A stretch of DNA of 64,000 nt from Octopus vulgaris (GCA_951406725.2 OX597818.1:77190001-77254000); one strand, 5' to 3'; shown: positions 41,628 through 53,936, numbered from the stretch's first letter. The notes: generated by a model from the letters alone, not told the origin. Numbers and translations: made by a program.

Positions 41628-42514
41628 CAGAATGAGATGGGTAAATTATCACCATTTTATAATTTTTAATTTTCTTCATGCGCATTATTTGTTTTTGATT
41701 TTGTTGATTACACAATATAGTAGGGTCAGTTGGACACCATCTGTGAGAAAAACAGCACCATGATGCAATTCACTCCACCAGAAATTTGGAAACGACATGC
41801 TGTACTGCTTGGCATTCATGCTGGAAGCTCCAATACAAATATTTCTGTGTTTATGAGTCAATCTGGGGAGAGTGCACTCTGACGACATGTACTGAGAGTG
41901 ATGAAAATCAAACACCCAGTCAACATCATGGTGGTTGAAGTGATCACTAGTGATGGCAATGTTATGCCACCATTCATCTTCCCACACAGCCCCAGACTCA
42001 ATATGGAGGCCTACATCAAGTGCCTGGAGGAGGTAGTGCTGCTAGGGTCTAGAGGGTGGCTGCTGGAACACCCTATGTCTGGCAACAAGATTCTGCACCA
42101 TGTCACATATGTAAGAGAATCCAGTCATGGCTGTCAGACAATTTCTGCAACCACACCACCCTTAACATCTAGCCACCTAACTCCCCAGACGGCAACTCCC
42201 CTGATTATTATGTTTGGGGCCAGTAGATCAAGAGACCAACAAAGCTCCTTGTTAACACCAAAGATGAACTGAAGTCAAGGATTATGGCAGCATTCACCAA
42301 CTTAAACAAGGTGACCATCCAGAAGAGTTGCAGGGGATTCTGAAGTTGTCTGGAGGGTCTGGTTGAAGCCAATGGCGATTTTATTGAATAAATTTACTCT
42401 TTAGTATTTCAAGATATTTTTATGTAATTTTGGTAAATATACCTGTTAAAATGAGATATCAGTGTTATCTTCAATTTTGCATAATTTCGGCACCAGTTTA
42501 TTCACCATGCCCTG
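41628..42514 (+). mobile_element. Internally deleted DD37D (maT-type) element
   Basis: QQD-37 aa-DYYVWG counted from ~42084; ends ccctg-TA. Confidence 0.85.
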
Positions 42515-42518
42515 TATA

Positions 42519-42567
<49 letters not shown>

Positions 42568-42572
42568 GTATG

Positions 42573-42695
<123 letters not shown>

Positions 42696-42869
42696 GTATA
42701 TTGGTGGACAGGGGAGAGTGACTTACTCTCATTCGCTTTTTGAATTTGGCGGTACTAGCACGGTATACGTTCTCTCTGATACTGTGAGGGGAAGTGATAT
42801 TTTCTAGTGCCTTTAAATTTAATACACAATTATTAATAATTGAGACGCAATTATTTATAATTGAAGAAT

Positions 42870-42960
42870 CCTACGCTGATGAGGAAAATAGTCAGGTAAG
42901 GTATAATTATTCATTTTTTATGCTCTATACTGGCTTAATTCCGAAACGCACGTCCGTAGG
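42870..42960 (+). ncRNA. Type I hammerhead ribozyme, canonical core
   Basis: cctacg-CTGATGA-GGAA..agtcag/ctggct..TTCC-GAAAC-gcac-GTC-cgtagg: perfect 6-bp stem I, G-C closed stem II, GUC cleavage triplet; lies in a ~440-bp unit (42700-43142) between (TA)n tracts. Confidence 0.88.
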
Positions 42961-43167
42961 CAACTTAATATAGAATGATTTTCGTCATTTCTTTCTCTTT
43001 TACCTGCGTGGTTTGTTCTTGAGTGCTTTGGTTTTTACTGGGATCTCCCTTTAAAGTAGAAGGAATAGCTAAGACTTTTTGACTGCTATTTCTAAATTCA
43101 GTGTTTGGTGAGGCAAATCGTTGCTGAACCCTAATTATTTAGTATATATATATATATATATATATAT

Positions 43168-43436
43168 ATACAAAATAAGAAAATGGAGAAACACATCTTA
43201 ATCAATGATCAACTACCAGATAATACCCAATCACATAATTTATGTATTTATTTATATTCACTTACACATACTGTACTTATTGTATCATATTACTCTTTCA
43301 TGAACATTGTTTTGTTCTATATTATTATGTTTGACCTTAATGTTCATATATAGTGGTTGAATAAATTATGTGATTGGGTATTATCTGGTAGTTGATCATT
43401 GATTAAGATGTGTTTCTCCATTTTCTTATTTTGTAT
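43168..43436. repeat. Apparently perfect ~76-bp inverted repeat with ~117-bp spacer
   Basis: 43168-43243 versus 43361-43436. Confidence 0.9.
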
Positions 43437-43606
43437 TATTAATTTGTGGTAAAACATTTTACCTTTGCCCATATAATACAGTAAATGAATTAATTGCATC
43501 GCAATTCTTAACATTTATGTATTACTTTGTTGGGTATTTCACTAGCAGTATATTGGATATATGTTATCCCATGCAGGGTTGCACTTACAACCCCTATCTC
43601 AATTTG

Positions 43607-43693
<87 letters not shown>

Positions 43694-43698
<5 letters not shown>

Positions 43699-45642
43699 TA
43701 TTATAAAAGGCAGATTTTATCTGCCTCCCTTTGGGAGTTATACAAATCTACAATATAGGATTTCTTCAATTACAATTTACCTAGCAATTTTAAGAGTACA
43801 ATGCATCGCGTCATGCCAGGTCCAGTTTTTAAAATTTAAACTCCAATTAAGCAAAATTTACAGAAAACTCACATTCTGGTGTGCGTGTCAAATGTTTTTC
43901 TTAGTCTGGTTTACACCACACGCAAACGCACACACACACAAAGGGAGCGAATTGTTTCACTGACGCTATCACCCTTCTCCTCCTTTGTTTTGCAAGTTGG
44001 CAGCTATTAAAGTGAAAACAGTGAATCCGACAGCGATAAAGAAAACGAATTGGTACCTGAATGGAGTGAAAATTTAAAAACTGTTTCTTTCGGTGAGTTT
44101 TCTGAAGAAACTGGACCAAGCCACTGACTTTCCCAGAAGAGTAAAGCCTTAGACTATTTCTATTTACTTTTTCGAATGAGCCTATTTGAAATCATTACGC
44201 TAAACGTAAACAAACCGAAAGAAAGGATAGTTTGTTATTTCCCACAATCTTAAATGAAATTAAGGCCTATTTTGCCATAAATATTATTATGGGTATCAGA
44301 AAGTTACCCAGAATAACAAATTCTATTGTAAAATTTTGTTGTATACCCAATTGAATATTAGCTAATAACCCATTTTCTATAGCGATGTTTGAACAAAATT
44401 TTAATAATTTTACAGAAAGTTACCCAGAATAACAAATTCTATTGTAAAATTTTGTTGTATACCCAATTGAATATTAGCTAATAACCCATTTTCTATAGCG
44501 ATGTTTGAACAAAATTTTAATAATTTTACAGAAAGTTACCCAGAATAACAAATTCTATCGTAAAATTTTGTTGTATACCCAATTGAATATTAGCTAATAA
44601 CCCATTTTCTATAGCGATGTTTGAACAAAATTTTAATAATTTTACAGAAAGTTACCCAGAATAACAAATTCTATTGTAAAATTTTGTTGTATACCCAATT
44701 GAATATTAGCTAATAACCCATTTTCTATAGCGATGTTTGAACAAAATTTTAATAATTTTACAGAAAGTTACCCAGAATAACAAATTCTATTGTAAAATTT
44801 TGTTGTATACCCAATTGAATATTAGCTAATAACCCATTTTCTATAGCGATGTTTGAACAAAATTTTAATAATTTTACAGAAAGTTACCCAGAATAACAAA
44901 TTCTATTGTAAAATTTTGTTGTATACCCAATTGAATATTAGCTAATAACCCATTTTCTATAGCGATGTTTGAACAAAATTTTAATAATTTTACAGAAAGT
45001 TACCCAGAATAACAAATTCTATTGTAAAATTTTGTTGTATACCCAATTGAATATTAGCTAATAACCCATTTTCTATAGCGATGTTTGAACAAAATTTTAA
45101 TAATTTTACAGAAAGTTACCCAGAATAACAAATTCTATTGTAAAATTTTGTTGTATACCCAATTGAATATTAGCTAATAACCCATTTTCTATAGCGATGT
45201 TTGAACAAAATTTTAATAATTTTACAGAAAGTTACCCAGAATAACAAATTCTATCGTAAAATTTTGTTGTATACCCAATTGAATATTAGCTAATAACCCA
45301 TTTTCTATAGCGATGTTTGAACAAAATTTTAATTATTTTACAGAAAGTTACCCAGAATAACAAACGAGCCCTTCTGGGTATTAGCGCGCGTCTACGATGA
45401 GTCTACGATTTAAAAAAAAATTACCATCATATTTTTCCATTTTAATGCATTTTTTCGCTTTTATATAAGGGAAGTAACTCTCTAAAAATATCTACGATGT
45501 GTCAACGATTTAAAGAAAAATTTACCTTAATTTTTTTTCAATTTTTAATGCATTTTTTTGCTACTTTTTGGCTATAACTCTCTAAAAATGCTTATATAGT
45601 TATTTCCCTTACAAACCGAGCAACGCCGGGCGATACTGCTAG
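43694..45642 (+). mobile_element. Helitron of the 37997 family with piggyBac fragment and internal satellite
   Basis: Same TC 5' end and hairpin-CTAG 3' end; A|T target site. Confidence 0.9.
44297..45364. repeat. 116-bp tandem array, 9 full units plus a partial unit
   Basis: cagaaagttaccc anchor every 116 bp from 44297 to 45341. Confidence 0.96.
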
Positions 45643-45648
45643 TATATG

Positions 45649-45680
<32 letters not shown>

Positions 45681-46184
45681 TATATTTTATATTAATCTTA
45701 ATCTTATTTCGGCCAGAGTTCTTTCGTCACACTCCTGTGACCGCATCAGTGGTCCTTTGTTTTCTTCTTTCTTATTTGTGTCTCTCCTTACTAACCGTCA
45801 GCCATTTTGTATTTCTATTGTATGTCTTCATTTGCGCATGCTTATATTTCTTTGTGCGTCTATGTTTATTTAGTATGTGTGTGTTGGGGGGATGCCTGTA
45901 ATATTTGTATCTTCTGTTTATATACGTTCATGTAATTTGTTTTTGTTGTTGTTGTTTTTGTTTATTCTTATTTTGTTCATGTGTTTACATCCACTTATTA
46001 TCATTACATATGCTTGTATGTATGTATGTATAACAACAATACTAGTAATAATAATGATAAATAAAAAAATATAAACAAAACCGAAAACATAATAAATAAA
46101 ATACACAGATAAATAAACAAATAGAAATAAATAACTATATAAGTTTTTTTTTTTGTTTAATTTAAAAGATTTTTTTATACATTT

Positions 46185-46375
46185 GTTATACATGTACATA
46201 CTTCCAGAACACTTTGCTGTCAGGGTTGGTTGCAATGCGTTGTTCAAATTCAAGCACTGCCTTTTCTGTCACCTGCTTGAGGTGGTTGGCTGACCTATTG
46301 CGCTTTTTCCTGTTGATCTCTGATTTGTGCAATTTGTAATCCTGTTCAGCCTTGATGTAATCTTCCAGATAAAAA
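46185..46375 (-). mobile_element. CR1-like LINE fragment
   Basis: RNRSANHLKQ..KAVLEFEQRIA..SKVFWKYV linker motif. Confidence 0.55.
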
Positions 46376-46998
46376 TTTGTGTTTCCTGATGAAATGGTGT
46401 AATTATGTAATATGGTAAAATTATGTAATTTCACACAATTATGCATTGCTGAATGAAACACACATATAGCAATGTTTTGGGTTGTCCATTCTTGTTACTT
46501 TTCTACATGATACACCATGTAATATGTTGCAATTATCTCATTACTAAATAAATAGATTTAAAAGATTCCAAAGATCATTATACAACTGCTTAACTTTGCA
46601 AGGATTGCTATATTGATCAGTTGATTGATTTAGAATATTCATTTATTCATTCAGAGTACCTATGTGTGGAAATGCTACAAAGTTAACTAACTGGATCTTT
46701 TAGATTGCCTCTACTTAATATATGTGTATGTGTATCATCATCATTATCAACATTTAATGTTTATTTTCCATGTTGGCATGGGTTGGGTTAGGTTGGACAG
46801 CTTGACAGAAACTGGCAAGGTCTGGAGCCACACCAGTTCTATAGTCTGTTTTGGCTTGATTTCTACTGCTGGATCCTTTCTAATGCCACTTCTTTACAAA
46901 GTGTACTGGGTGATTTTTACATGGCACTAGCACCCACACCATGCTGTTTATATAGCACTGTGGTTTTAAGATCTCAATTCTGTTGTGGTGGCTGGGTC

Positions 46999-47032
<34 letters not shown>

Positions 47033-47533
47033 ACATACACACTCACACACATACATAATCATCATTTAATGCTCACATTTCCAAGCTTGCACAGATGAGA
47101 TGGAATTTGTTGAGGCAAAATTTTTATGTAAGTGTTGTCCGTACTGCATACAAATATGGTAGAATGATGTTCCAAATGTTACACAGTGAGTTGAAAAGCT
47201 TTGATTAACTGAAGTTGTCTACACAATTAGTAGATAAACGTTTGCTTTGAGCATGTTGAAAATCTATGAACAAGCAAGGGAGATAACTTCATTAAAATCA
47301 TGTTCCTAAAAATTGAAAAATGATGATGCAGAGGGGAGAATGGATCTTGTCTTCGAAGTTGAAGCTTCTTTAAATGTCTTGATTTGTTACCTCATTGAAT
47401 TCTTTCTGACCTATGAAAGTATGGAAAAAGTAAATGTTAACTGATAATGATGATGATGATGATACCTGGTGAGTCTTGAGAGAGTCAATTTACAAATAAG
47501 ACATATTGGTTCTATTTCACTTCTTATTATTTA

Positions 47534-48553
47534 CTAGCAGTATCGCCCGGCGTTGCTCGGGTTTGTAAGGGAAATAACTATATAAGCATTTTTAGAGAGT
47601 TACTTCCCTTATAGATGCCAATTCGGGCTTTCTTAGCCATTTCTGTTTTGGTGTCTTCAAGCCATGAAGTCGTTGTTCTAAAAGAACGCTGGTCTCCTTG
47701 ACAATGCTTTACGATGTTGATTTCCTTACACTCCCTTCCCCACAGCTTCACGAGGGAGGGAAGAAGGGGGGAAAAGCAAACAGGTGCAGCTGTGAGCGTG
47801 GACGCCAACTCCGCCGCCATCGACACACGAAAAATTATGCATTAAAATGGAATAAAAAATGATGTTAAATTATTTTTAAAATTGTAGACTCATCGTAGAC
47901 GCGCGCTAATACCCAGAAGGGCTCGATATGAATCACGACTATAAGATACCCGCTTTTGGTTAAACTGCACCGCAAAATGTGGGAGTAGTTAGGAATCTAA
48001 ATCGAAGGGGACAGACACTCACACAACTACAGTTTTATATATATAGACTAGCAGTATCGCCCGGCGTTGCTCGGGTTTGTAAGGGAAATAACTATATAAG
48101 CATTTTTAGAGAGTTACTTCCCTTATAAATTCGGGCTTTCTTAGCCATTTTTGTTTTGGTGTCTTCAAGCCATGAAGTCGTTGTTCTAAAAGAACGCTGG
48201 TTTCCTTCACAACGCATTACGACGTTGATTTCTTTACACTCCCTTCCCCACAGCTTCACGAGGGAGGGAAGGGGGAGAAGCAAACAGGTGCAGCTGTGAG
48301 CGTGGACGCCAACTCCGCCGCCATCGACATACGATGCATTTTATGCATTAAAATGGAATAAAAAATGATGTTAAATTATTTTTAAAATCGTAGACTCATC
48401 GTTGACGCGCGCTAATAGTCAGACGGGCTCGATATGAATCACGACTATAAGATACCCGAATTTGGTTAAACTGCACCGCAAAATGTGGGAGGAGTTAGGA
48501 ATCTAAATCGAAGGGGATAGACACTCACACAACTAGAGTTTTATATATATAGA
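47534..48553 (-). mobile_element. Two non-autonomous Helitrons in tandem (47534-48047 and 48048-48553)
   Basis: Each runs TCTATATATATAAAA..cccgagcaacgccggg..CTAG on the minus strand; junction CTAG|TC. Confidence 0.92.
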
Positions 48554-48887
48554 TATACACACCACAGATTAGACTGTTGGAAAAGAGAAAATCCTAACAT
48601 TGGGCTACAAATGACTTTAGATGCCAAGAACCATCCTAAGTATCCTAGCTGTCCCTAATAACACTGTTTTTGGGATCTAAGAAAAGAATAGCAAACTATA
48701 ATATATCATTAAGAGAAAATTAAAATACAATTAATTAAAATATTTAAAACAAATAAATATATATATAAATAAAATACAAAATATACATTAAGTGAAAACT
48801 AAAATATTATCATTTAATCTATATACATTAAATTAAATTATTTATTAACTAACATTGAGCAACAAATGACCTCAGATGCCAAGAACC

Positions 48888-50252
48888 GACTGACTAGGCC
48901 AGTCGATCGCTTCCTTTTTTTTTTTTGCATCGCTCTTTTTTTTTAATTTGAAATTTATTAATAAAAAATTAACAGAAATTTTAATAGTATCTCGTAGATA
49001 TTACAAATTATACAATGAAAGAATAAAATAAAAAAGAAGTTTTTTAATAGTATCTCGTAGATATTACAACTTATACAATGAAAAAATAAAATAAAGTTAC
49101 AGGTTTTCATCAAATGGCTCTGGTGAAGGAGTTGCTCTGTTTGAATTCATTAATTTCCCGTATCTGTGCCATTTTGGTTCTTTTTCGAATCCGTTTTCTT
49201 TGTCGGAGTCACTGTTGTCGTCGAATCGCAAAGTTTCCCCGCTTCGATCAGGAGACGGAGTCCGAAGTCTGTCTCGTCTTTCTCGAGTTGTTTGTTGGAG
49301 TCCTTCGTATTCTTCTACAATGTTAACGAGATTACCATCGTTTGATGACCCTTCATCATTCTCCAGTTCCGAAAAACAATGTTCATAAAATAAGATGTTC
49401 CAAATGAAAGGATTTTATTTTTTTTTTACATATTTTAAGAATGGTGAAGCGCTATTGAACGTATACTCTGTGTATCCTGTAATAAATGCTATTCTTTGTG
49501 TTAGTGGTGCGTTATTATCGAACTTGTTATTCGAAGTAATTATTTGGTCCTGTTTGAATTTAACTGATACTTCTGTGTTAGTTCCTTCTGCTAGTTTTTT
49601 GAATGTTTGCTATGTTTCCATAGTGAAATTCGGCTCTTCGATAAGTCCTATTTAGACATTAATGATGTTTTGAAAAGGGAAACTGCTAGTTCCTTGTATT
49701 GTGCTGACATGTGTGAACGTGTCTGCAATGCTTCTGGCAATCATTGACTTACCAGTGTTAGGTAATCCTCTTAAAACTAACTGGTTTCTTTTTGTTAAGT
49801 AGTTCCCATTCTACGAATAAAGGTTCGGATATTTCTTGAGTCATGAGTATGGATCTGAATATTTTTAATGAAATATCTTTATCCATGTACTGATGTTTGT
49901 TGGATTCGAATAGTTCCCAATTCATAGTTTCCAATTATTAGAGTTTTCAGCTTAACACATGCAAGGACCTTTTTCATTATGCTATCATACATAGGATGGC
50001 TTATAGCTCTCATACAGTTTTCATCGTAATTTCTATTTAGCCAATGTGATTTCATGTCCTGCTCACTTCTGAATTTCTTACTGGTGAAAATGTATGTCAG
50101 ATAGTTGAATAGTGTCAGCGTGGTTCCACTTTTTGATTTGAAAATGGTTCTTCTTCTAAAACCTATTTTGCTAGCGTGTCAGTCACGCGATAGTAACAAT
50201 ATACTGACACGTATGCATAAAATTAGTATAAATATCAAGGCGCGTAATTCGA
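48888..50252 (-). other. Endogenous viral element (parvovirus/densovirus-like insert)
   Basis: Non-LINE, CpG-rich segment interrupting an R4-type LINE; contains an NS1 relic, a poly(A) signal and short terminal hairpins. Confidence 0.78.
49097..50150 (-). pseudogene. NS1: Parvoviral NS1-like SF3 helicase, disrupted
   Basis: Manual translation: KRNQLVLRGLPNTGKS (Walker A, 49745-49768), FPFQ, IGLIEEP (Walker B, ~49631-49651), FKKLAEG..VSVKFK (motif B'), IITSN (motif C); two stops and frameshifts. Confidence 0.85.
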
Positions 50253-51172
50253 ATCCTAGCTGTCCCTAATAACAGTTTTTTGGAACTGTACTAAACTGGG
50301 TTTTATGCCAGTTTTCTCTATCCATCTGTTCAGATCTTTAGGGATACTTCTCAATGCACATATAACTACTGGGATACATTTTACCCACATTTTCCGTAGT
50401 CTCTGTAATTCAATGGCTAAGTCCTGGAATTTTGCTATTTTTTCTATACCTCTCATATTGATCTTTTCATCATTTGGGACTGTAAAGTCAATTATCTGGC
50501 ATTTTCTATTCTCTTTATCGACTACTATTAAACCAGGCCTTCTAGCTTCTATTATTCTATCAATTTGAATGTTACAGTCCTGCAATATCTTATATTTCTT
50601 ACTTTCTAGTACTTTTATACCATTTATCAGTATGGTCAAATCTTAGCTTTCTACAAAACTCCCAATGGTTATCATGTCTTTTCATGTATTCTTTCTGTGA
50701 CAGCATGCTACATTCACTTACTATATGAGCAATGCTTTTCTCTTTTGATTTGCATAGCCTACATTGGGAATCTACTTGGTTTTTGTCTATCTTGGCTTTT
50801 ATCCAATTAGTCCTTAGTGCTTGATCTCGTGCTGCTATTAACAAACTTTCCATCTCCCTTTTCAGCTTTCCTTTCTGCAACCATAATTATGTCTCACTAA
50901 TATTATTTTCTGCAACTGTCTTTGGTAATCTACCATGCAAAGCCTTCTCCTACCAGTCAGATAGCTTCTATTCTTTTTTCTGGTTTTTAGCTTCGTTTTG
51001 GTTTCCCTATATCTTGTTGTGACTTGAGCAGCTTTTAATAAACTTTCTTCATTTTCACCTACATAGGAGTCTATATCTACTCTAGCTAACTCCATACAGT
51101 CATCTACTGATATTAACCCTCTTCCACCTTCTTTTCTAGGTAAGTATAATCTTGCTACTCCTCTCCTTGGGG
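50253..51172 (-). mobile_element. R4/Dong-like LINE 3' part (CCHC finger plus restriction-like endonuclease)
   Basis: CRLC..HIVSEC..RHDN, ARRPGLIVVDK..IID, EKIAKF, QKTV.LGTARI; the 3' tip continues at 48851-48887 and a second tip lies at 48590-48675. Confidence 0.88.
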
Positions 51173-51312
51173 GAGTTCTCCTCTGCTGAGGTCAACTTTG
51201 TCTTTCATTCTTTCAGAGTCGATAAATTAAATACCAGTGAAATGCTGGAGTTGATTTAATCGAATAGTTCTCTCCCCAGAAATTTCAGGCTTGCCTTCAG
51301 TAGAAAAGATTA

Positions 51313-51347
<35 letters not shown>

Positions 51348-51366
51348 GATATTATTATTATTATTT

Positions 51367-51565
51367 AAGGCAGTGAGATGGCAGAATCATTAGCATGCTG
51401 GACGAAATGCTTAGCGATATTTCACTCATTTCTACATTCTGAGTTCAAATTCTGCCAAGATCAACTTTGCCTTTCATCCTTTCGGGGTCAGTTGAGTACT
51501 GGGTTCAATGTAATTGACTAGTCCCCTCTCGCTAAATTTCAGGTTTTGTGCCTTTAATAGAAAGA
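51367..51565 (+). mobile_element. tRNA-headed SINE (12836 family)
   Basis: ggcagtgagatggcagaatc.. gagttcaaattc.. ctttgcctttcatcctttcgggg. Confidence 0.75.
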
Positions 51566-51583
51566 ATTGTTATTATCATTATT

Positions 51584-51925
51584 CATCATCATCATCATCA
51601 TCATCGTTTAACGTCCGCTTTCCATGCTAGCATGGGTTGGACGGTTCAACTGGGGTCTGGCAAGCCCGAAGGCTGCACCAGGCCAGTCAGATCTGGCAGT
51701 GTTTCTACAGCTGGATGCCCTTCCTAATGCCAACCACTCCGAGAGTGTAGTGGGTGATTTTATGTGCCACCAACACAGGTGCCAGACGAGGCTGGCAGAC
51801 GGCCACGCTCGGATGGTGTTTTTTATGTGCCACCGACACAGGTGCCAGACGAGGCTGGCTGATGGCCACGCTCGGATGGTGTTTTCTTATGTGTCACCGA
51901 CACAGGTGCCAGACGAGGCTGGCTG
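51584..51925 (-). mobile_element. RTE 3'UTR fragment (7024 subfamily)
   Basis: Near-identical terminal sequence with ~2.5 copies of the 60-bp unit. Confidence 0.85.
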
Positions 51926-52534
51926 GCATTATTATTATTATTATTGAGTATAAGAGCAGGACATGCCATCACAGTGACACTGGGGTACAAATATAAAAAG
52001 CCCAATATACTCATCATGACTGCCTGTCACATACATCCCAACTATATGTGTATGACATGGTGATCTCATAACATGGTAAACAGCACATGACCTTGCAGAT
52101 GGGAGCCCAGTTAGAATTTTCTTCAGGTTAAGTAGTCCCATCCTACTCAAAAGGTCCCTGAAAAAGGTTTGTTTAAGGATGATGAACAATACACCTAAGT
52201 TTCCAGAGATTAATTATTCAAACCCCAAAGAATTCCTCTCAACACATGGCTGTGGTGCTCCCATCAGAGATGTACATATCATCAGCCACTAAGGGACATG
52301 CTCAACTGGTTAAGGTCAAACAACTGACATGCAAATCTGTGGTATTGAACAGAATATTTGCTGTAGCCCAAATTTTTCACCAAGACAAAACATGTACATG
52401 ATAACACTTCCAATCAGTTAAGATCAAAAACCATGAGAGCCACTGCTGGTACTGCATCAAGATATTTATCATCATCATCATCACCATTGTTGAAGCAGAT
52501 TTTTCTATATCCAGATGCCTCTCCAGCCATCAGC

Positions 52535-53893
52535 TTTCACCATAGTCAACTGCTACAATGGTAAAGGTGATGCTTTAGATACAAATAATTACAGAGGTAT
52601 CAAGTTGTTGGATCAGGTAATGAAGGTCATAGCCCAACTAATAAGGAAGAGAGTCAGTCTAGATGAGATGCAGTTTGGGTTCGTGCCAGGGAAAAGCACC
52701 ACTGGTGTTATATTTCTGGTGAAACATGGGCCATGACTGCTGAGGACATGCGTTAGCTTGCAAGGAATGAAGCCAGTACGCTCCACTGGATGTATAATGT
52801 CAGTGTGCATACACAACAGAGTGTAAGCGCTCTGAGAGAAAAGTTGGATTTAAGAAGCATCAGATGTGGTGTGCAAGAGAGACAACTGCACTGGTATGGT
52901 CATGTGTTGCAAATGAATGAGGACAGCTGTGTGAAAAAGTGTCACACCCTAGCAGTTGAGGGAACCTATGGAAGAGGTAGTCCCAGGAAAACCTGGGATG
53001 AGGTGGTGAAGCATGACCTTCGAACAATAACTAGTGACCAAAACCTTTGGAGATATGATGTGTTTGAGAAGACCTGACAAGCCAAGCGAGACCATAGCCC
53101 GTTGCCTATGCCAGTGGGTGTAATCAGCCCACTTATGAATACCCCTCATTCATTGGACAATAAAATTTGCTTGTGAAAACCTATTGAGGCTAGTGAAATC
53201 AAAATCAAAATTGCTGGCATGGCCAATGACAGTACCGCCTGATTGGCACTTGTGCCAGTGGAATGTTAACAGCACATCTGAATGTGGGGTGTAACCAGCC
53301 CACTTATGAGTACCCCTCATTCACTGGACAATAAATTTTGCTTGCAAAGATCTACTGAGGCAAGTGAAATTAAATCAAAATCGCTGATGTGGCCAATAAC
53401 AGTAATGCCTGATTGGCACTTGTGCCAGTGGTACATTAAAAGTACATTCAAACTTGATTGGATGTGCTTGATCTGAGCTTGATCGGTTGCCAGGGCCATG
53501 CATTGGCTCCCGTGCCGGTGGCACGTAAAAACTGCCATTCGGGCGTGATTGTTGTCAGTATTGCCTTACCAGCTCATGTGCCACCGGCACGTGAAAAATA
53601 ACATTCAATCATGGTCATTGCCAGTGCCACTGGACTGGCTCCCATGCAGGTAGCATGTAAAAAAGCGCCTTTTGAGCTTGATCATTGCCAGAACCACCTG
53701 ACTGGCCATCATGCCAGTGGCACGTAAAAGCACCCACTACACTCTTAAGTGGTTGACGTTAGGAAGGGCATCCAGCTGTAGATACTTTGCTAGATCAGAT
53801 TGAGCCTGGTGCAGCCTTCTGTCTCACCAGTCCTCAGTCAAACCACCGTCCAACCCCTGTCAGCATGAAAAGTGGTTGTTAAACAATGATGAT
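52535..53893 (+). mobile_element. Internally deleted RTE LINE with 3'UTR
   Basis: NNYRGIKLL..QFGFVPG fused to the C-terminal GRGSPRKTWDEV region; ends gttaaacaatgatgat. Confidence 0.85.
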
Positions 53894-53936
53894 ATAAAGA
53901 TATATATATATATATGTATGTATGTATGTGCGTGTG

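Noticed and set aside
44297-45364. Possible CRISPR array
   Set aside because: The units are identical end to end with no unique spacers, there are no cas genes, and the context is a eukaryotic Helitron.
49114-49655. Plus-strand ORFs at 49114, 49200 and 49395
   Set aside because: Antisense shadows of the minus-strand NS1-like frame.
48642-50284. ~30-bp direct repeat read as a target-site duplication of the viral insert
   Set aside because: Better explained by two separate LINE 3' tips; the interrupted copy resumes at 48887 with a 9-bp loss.
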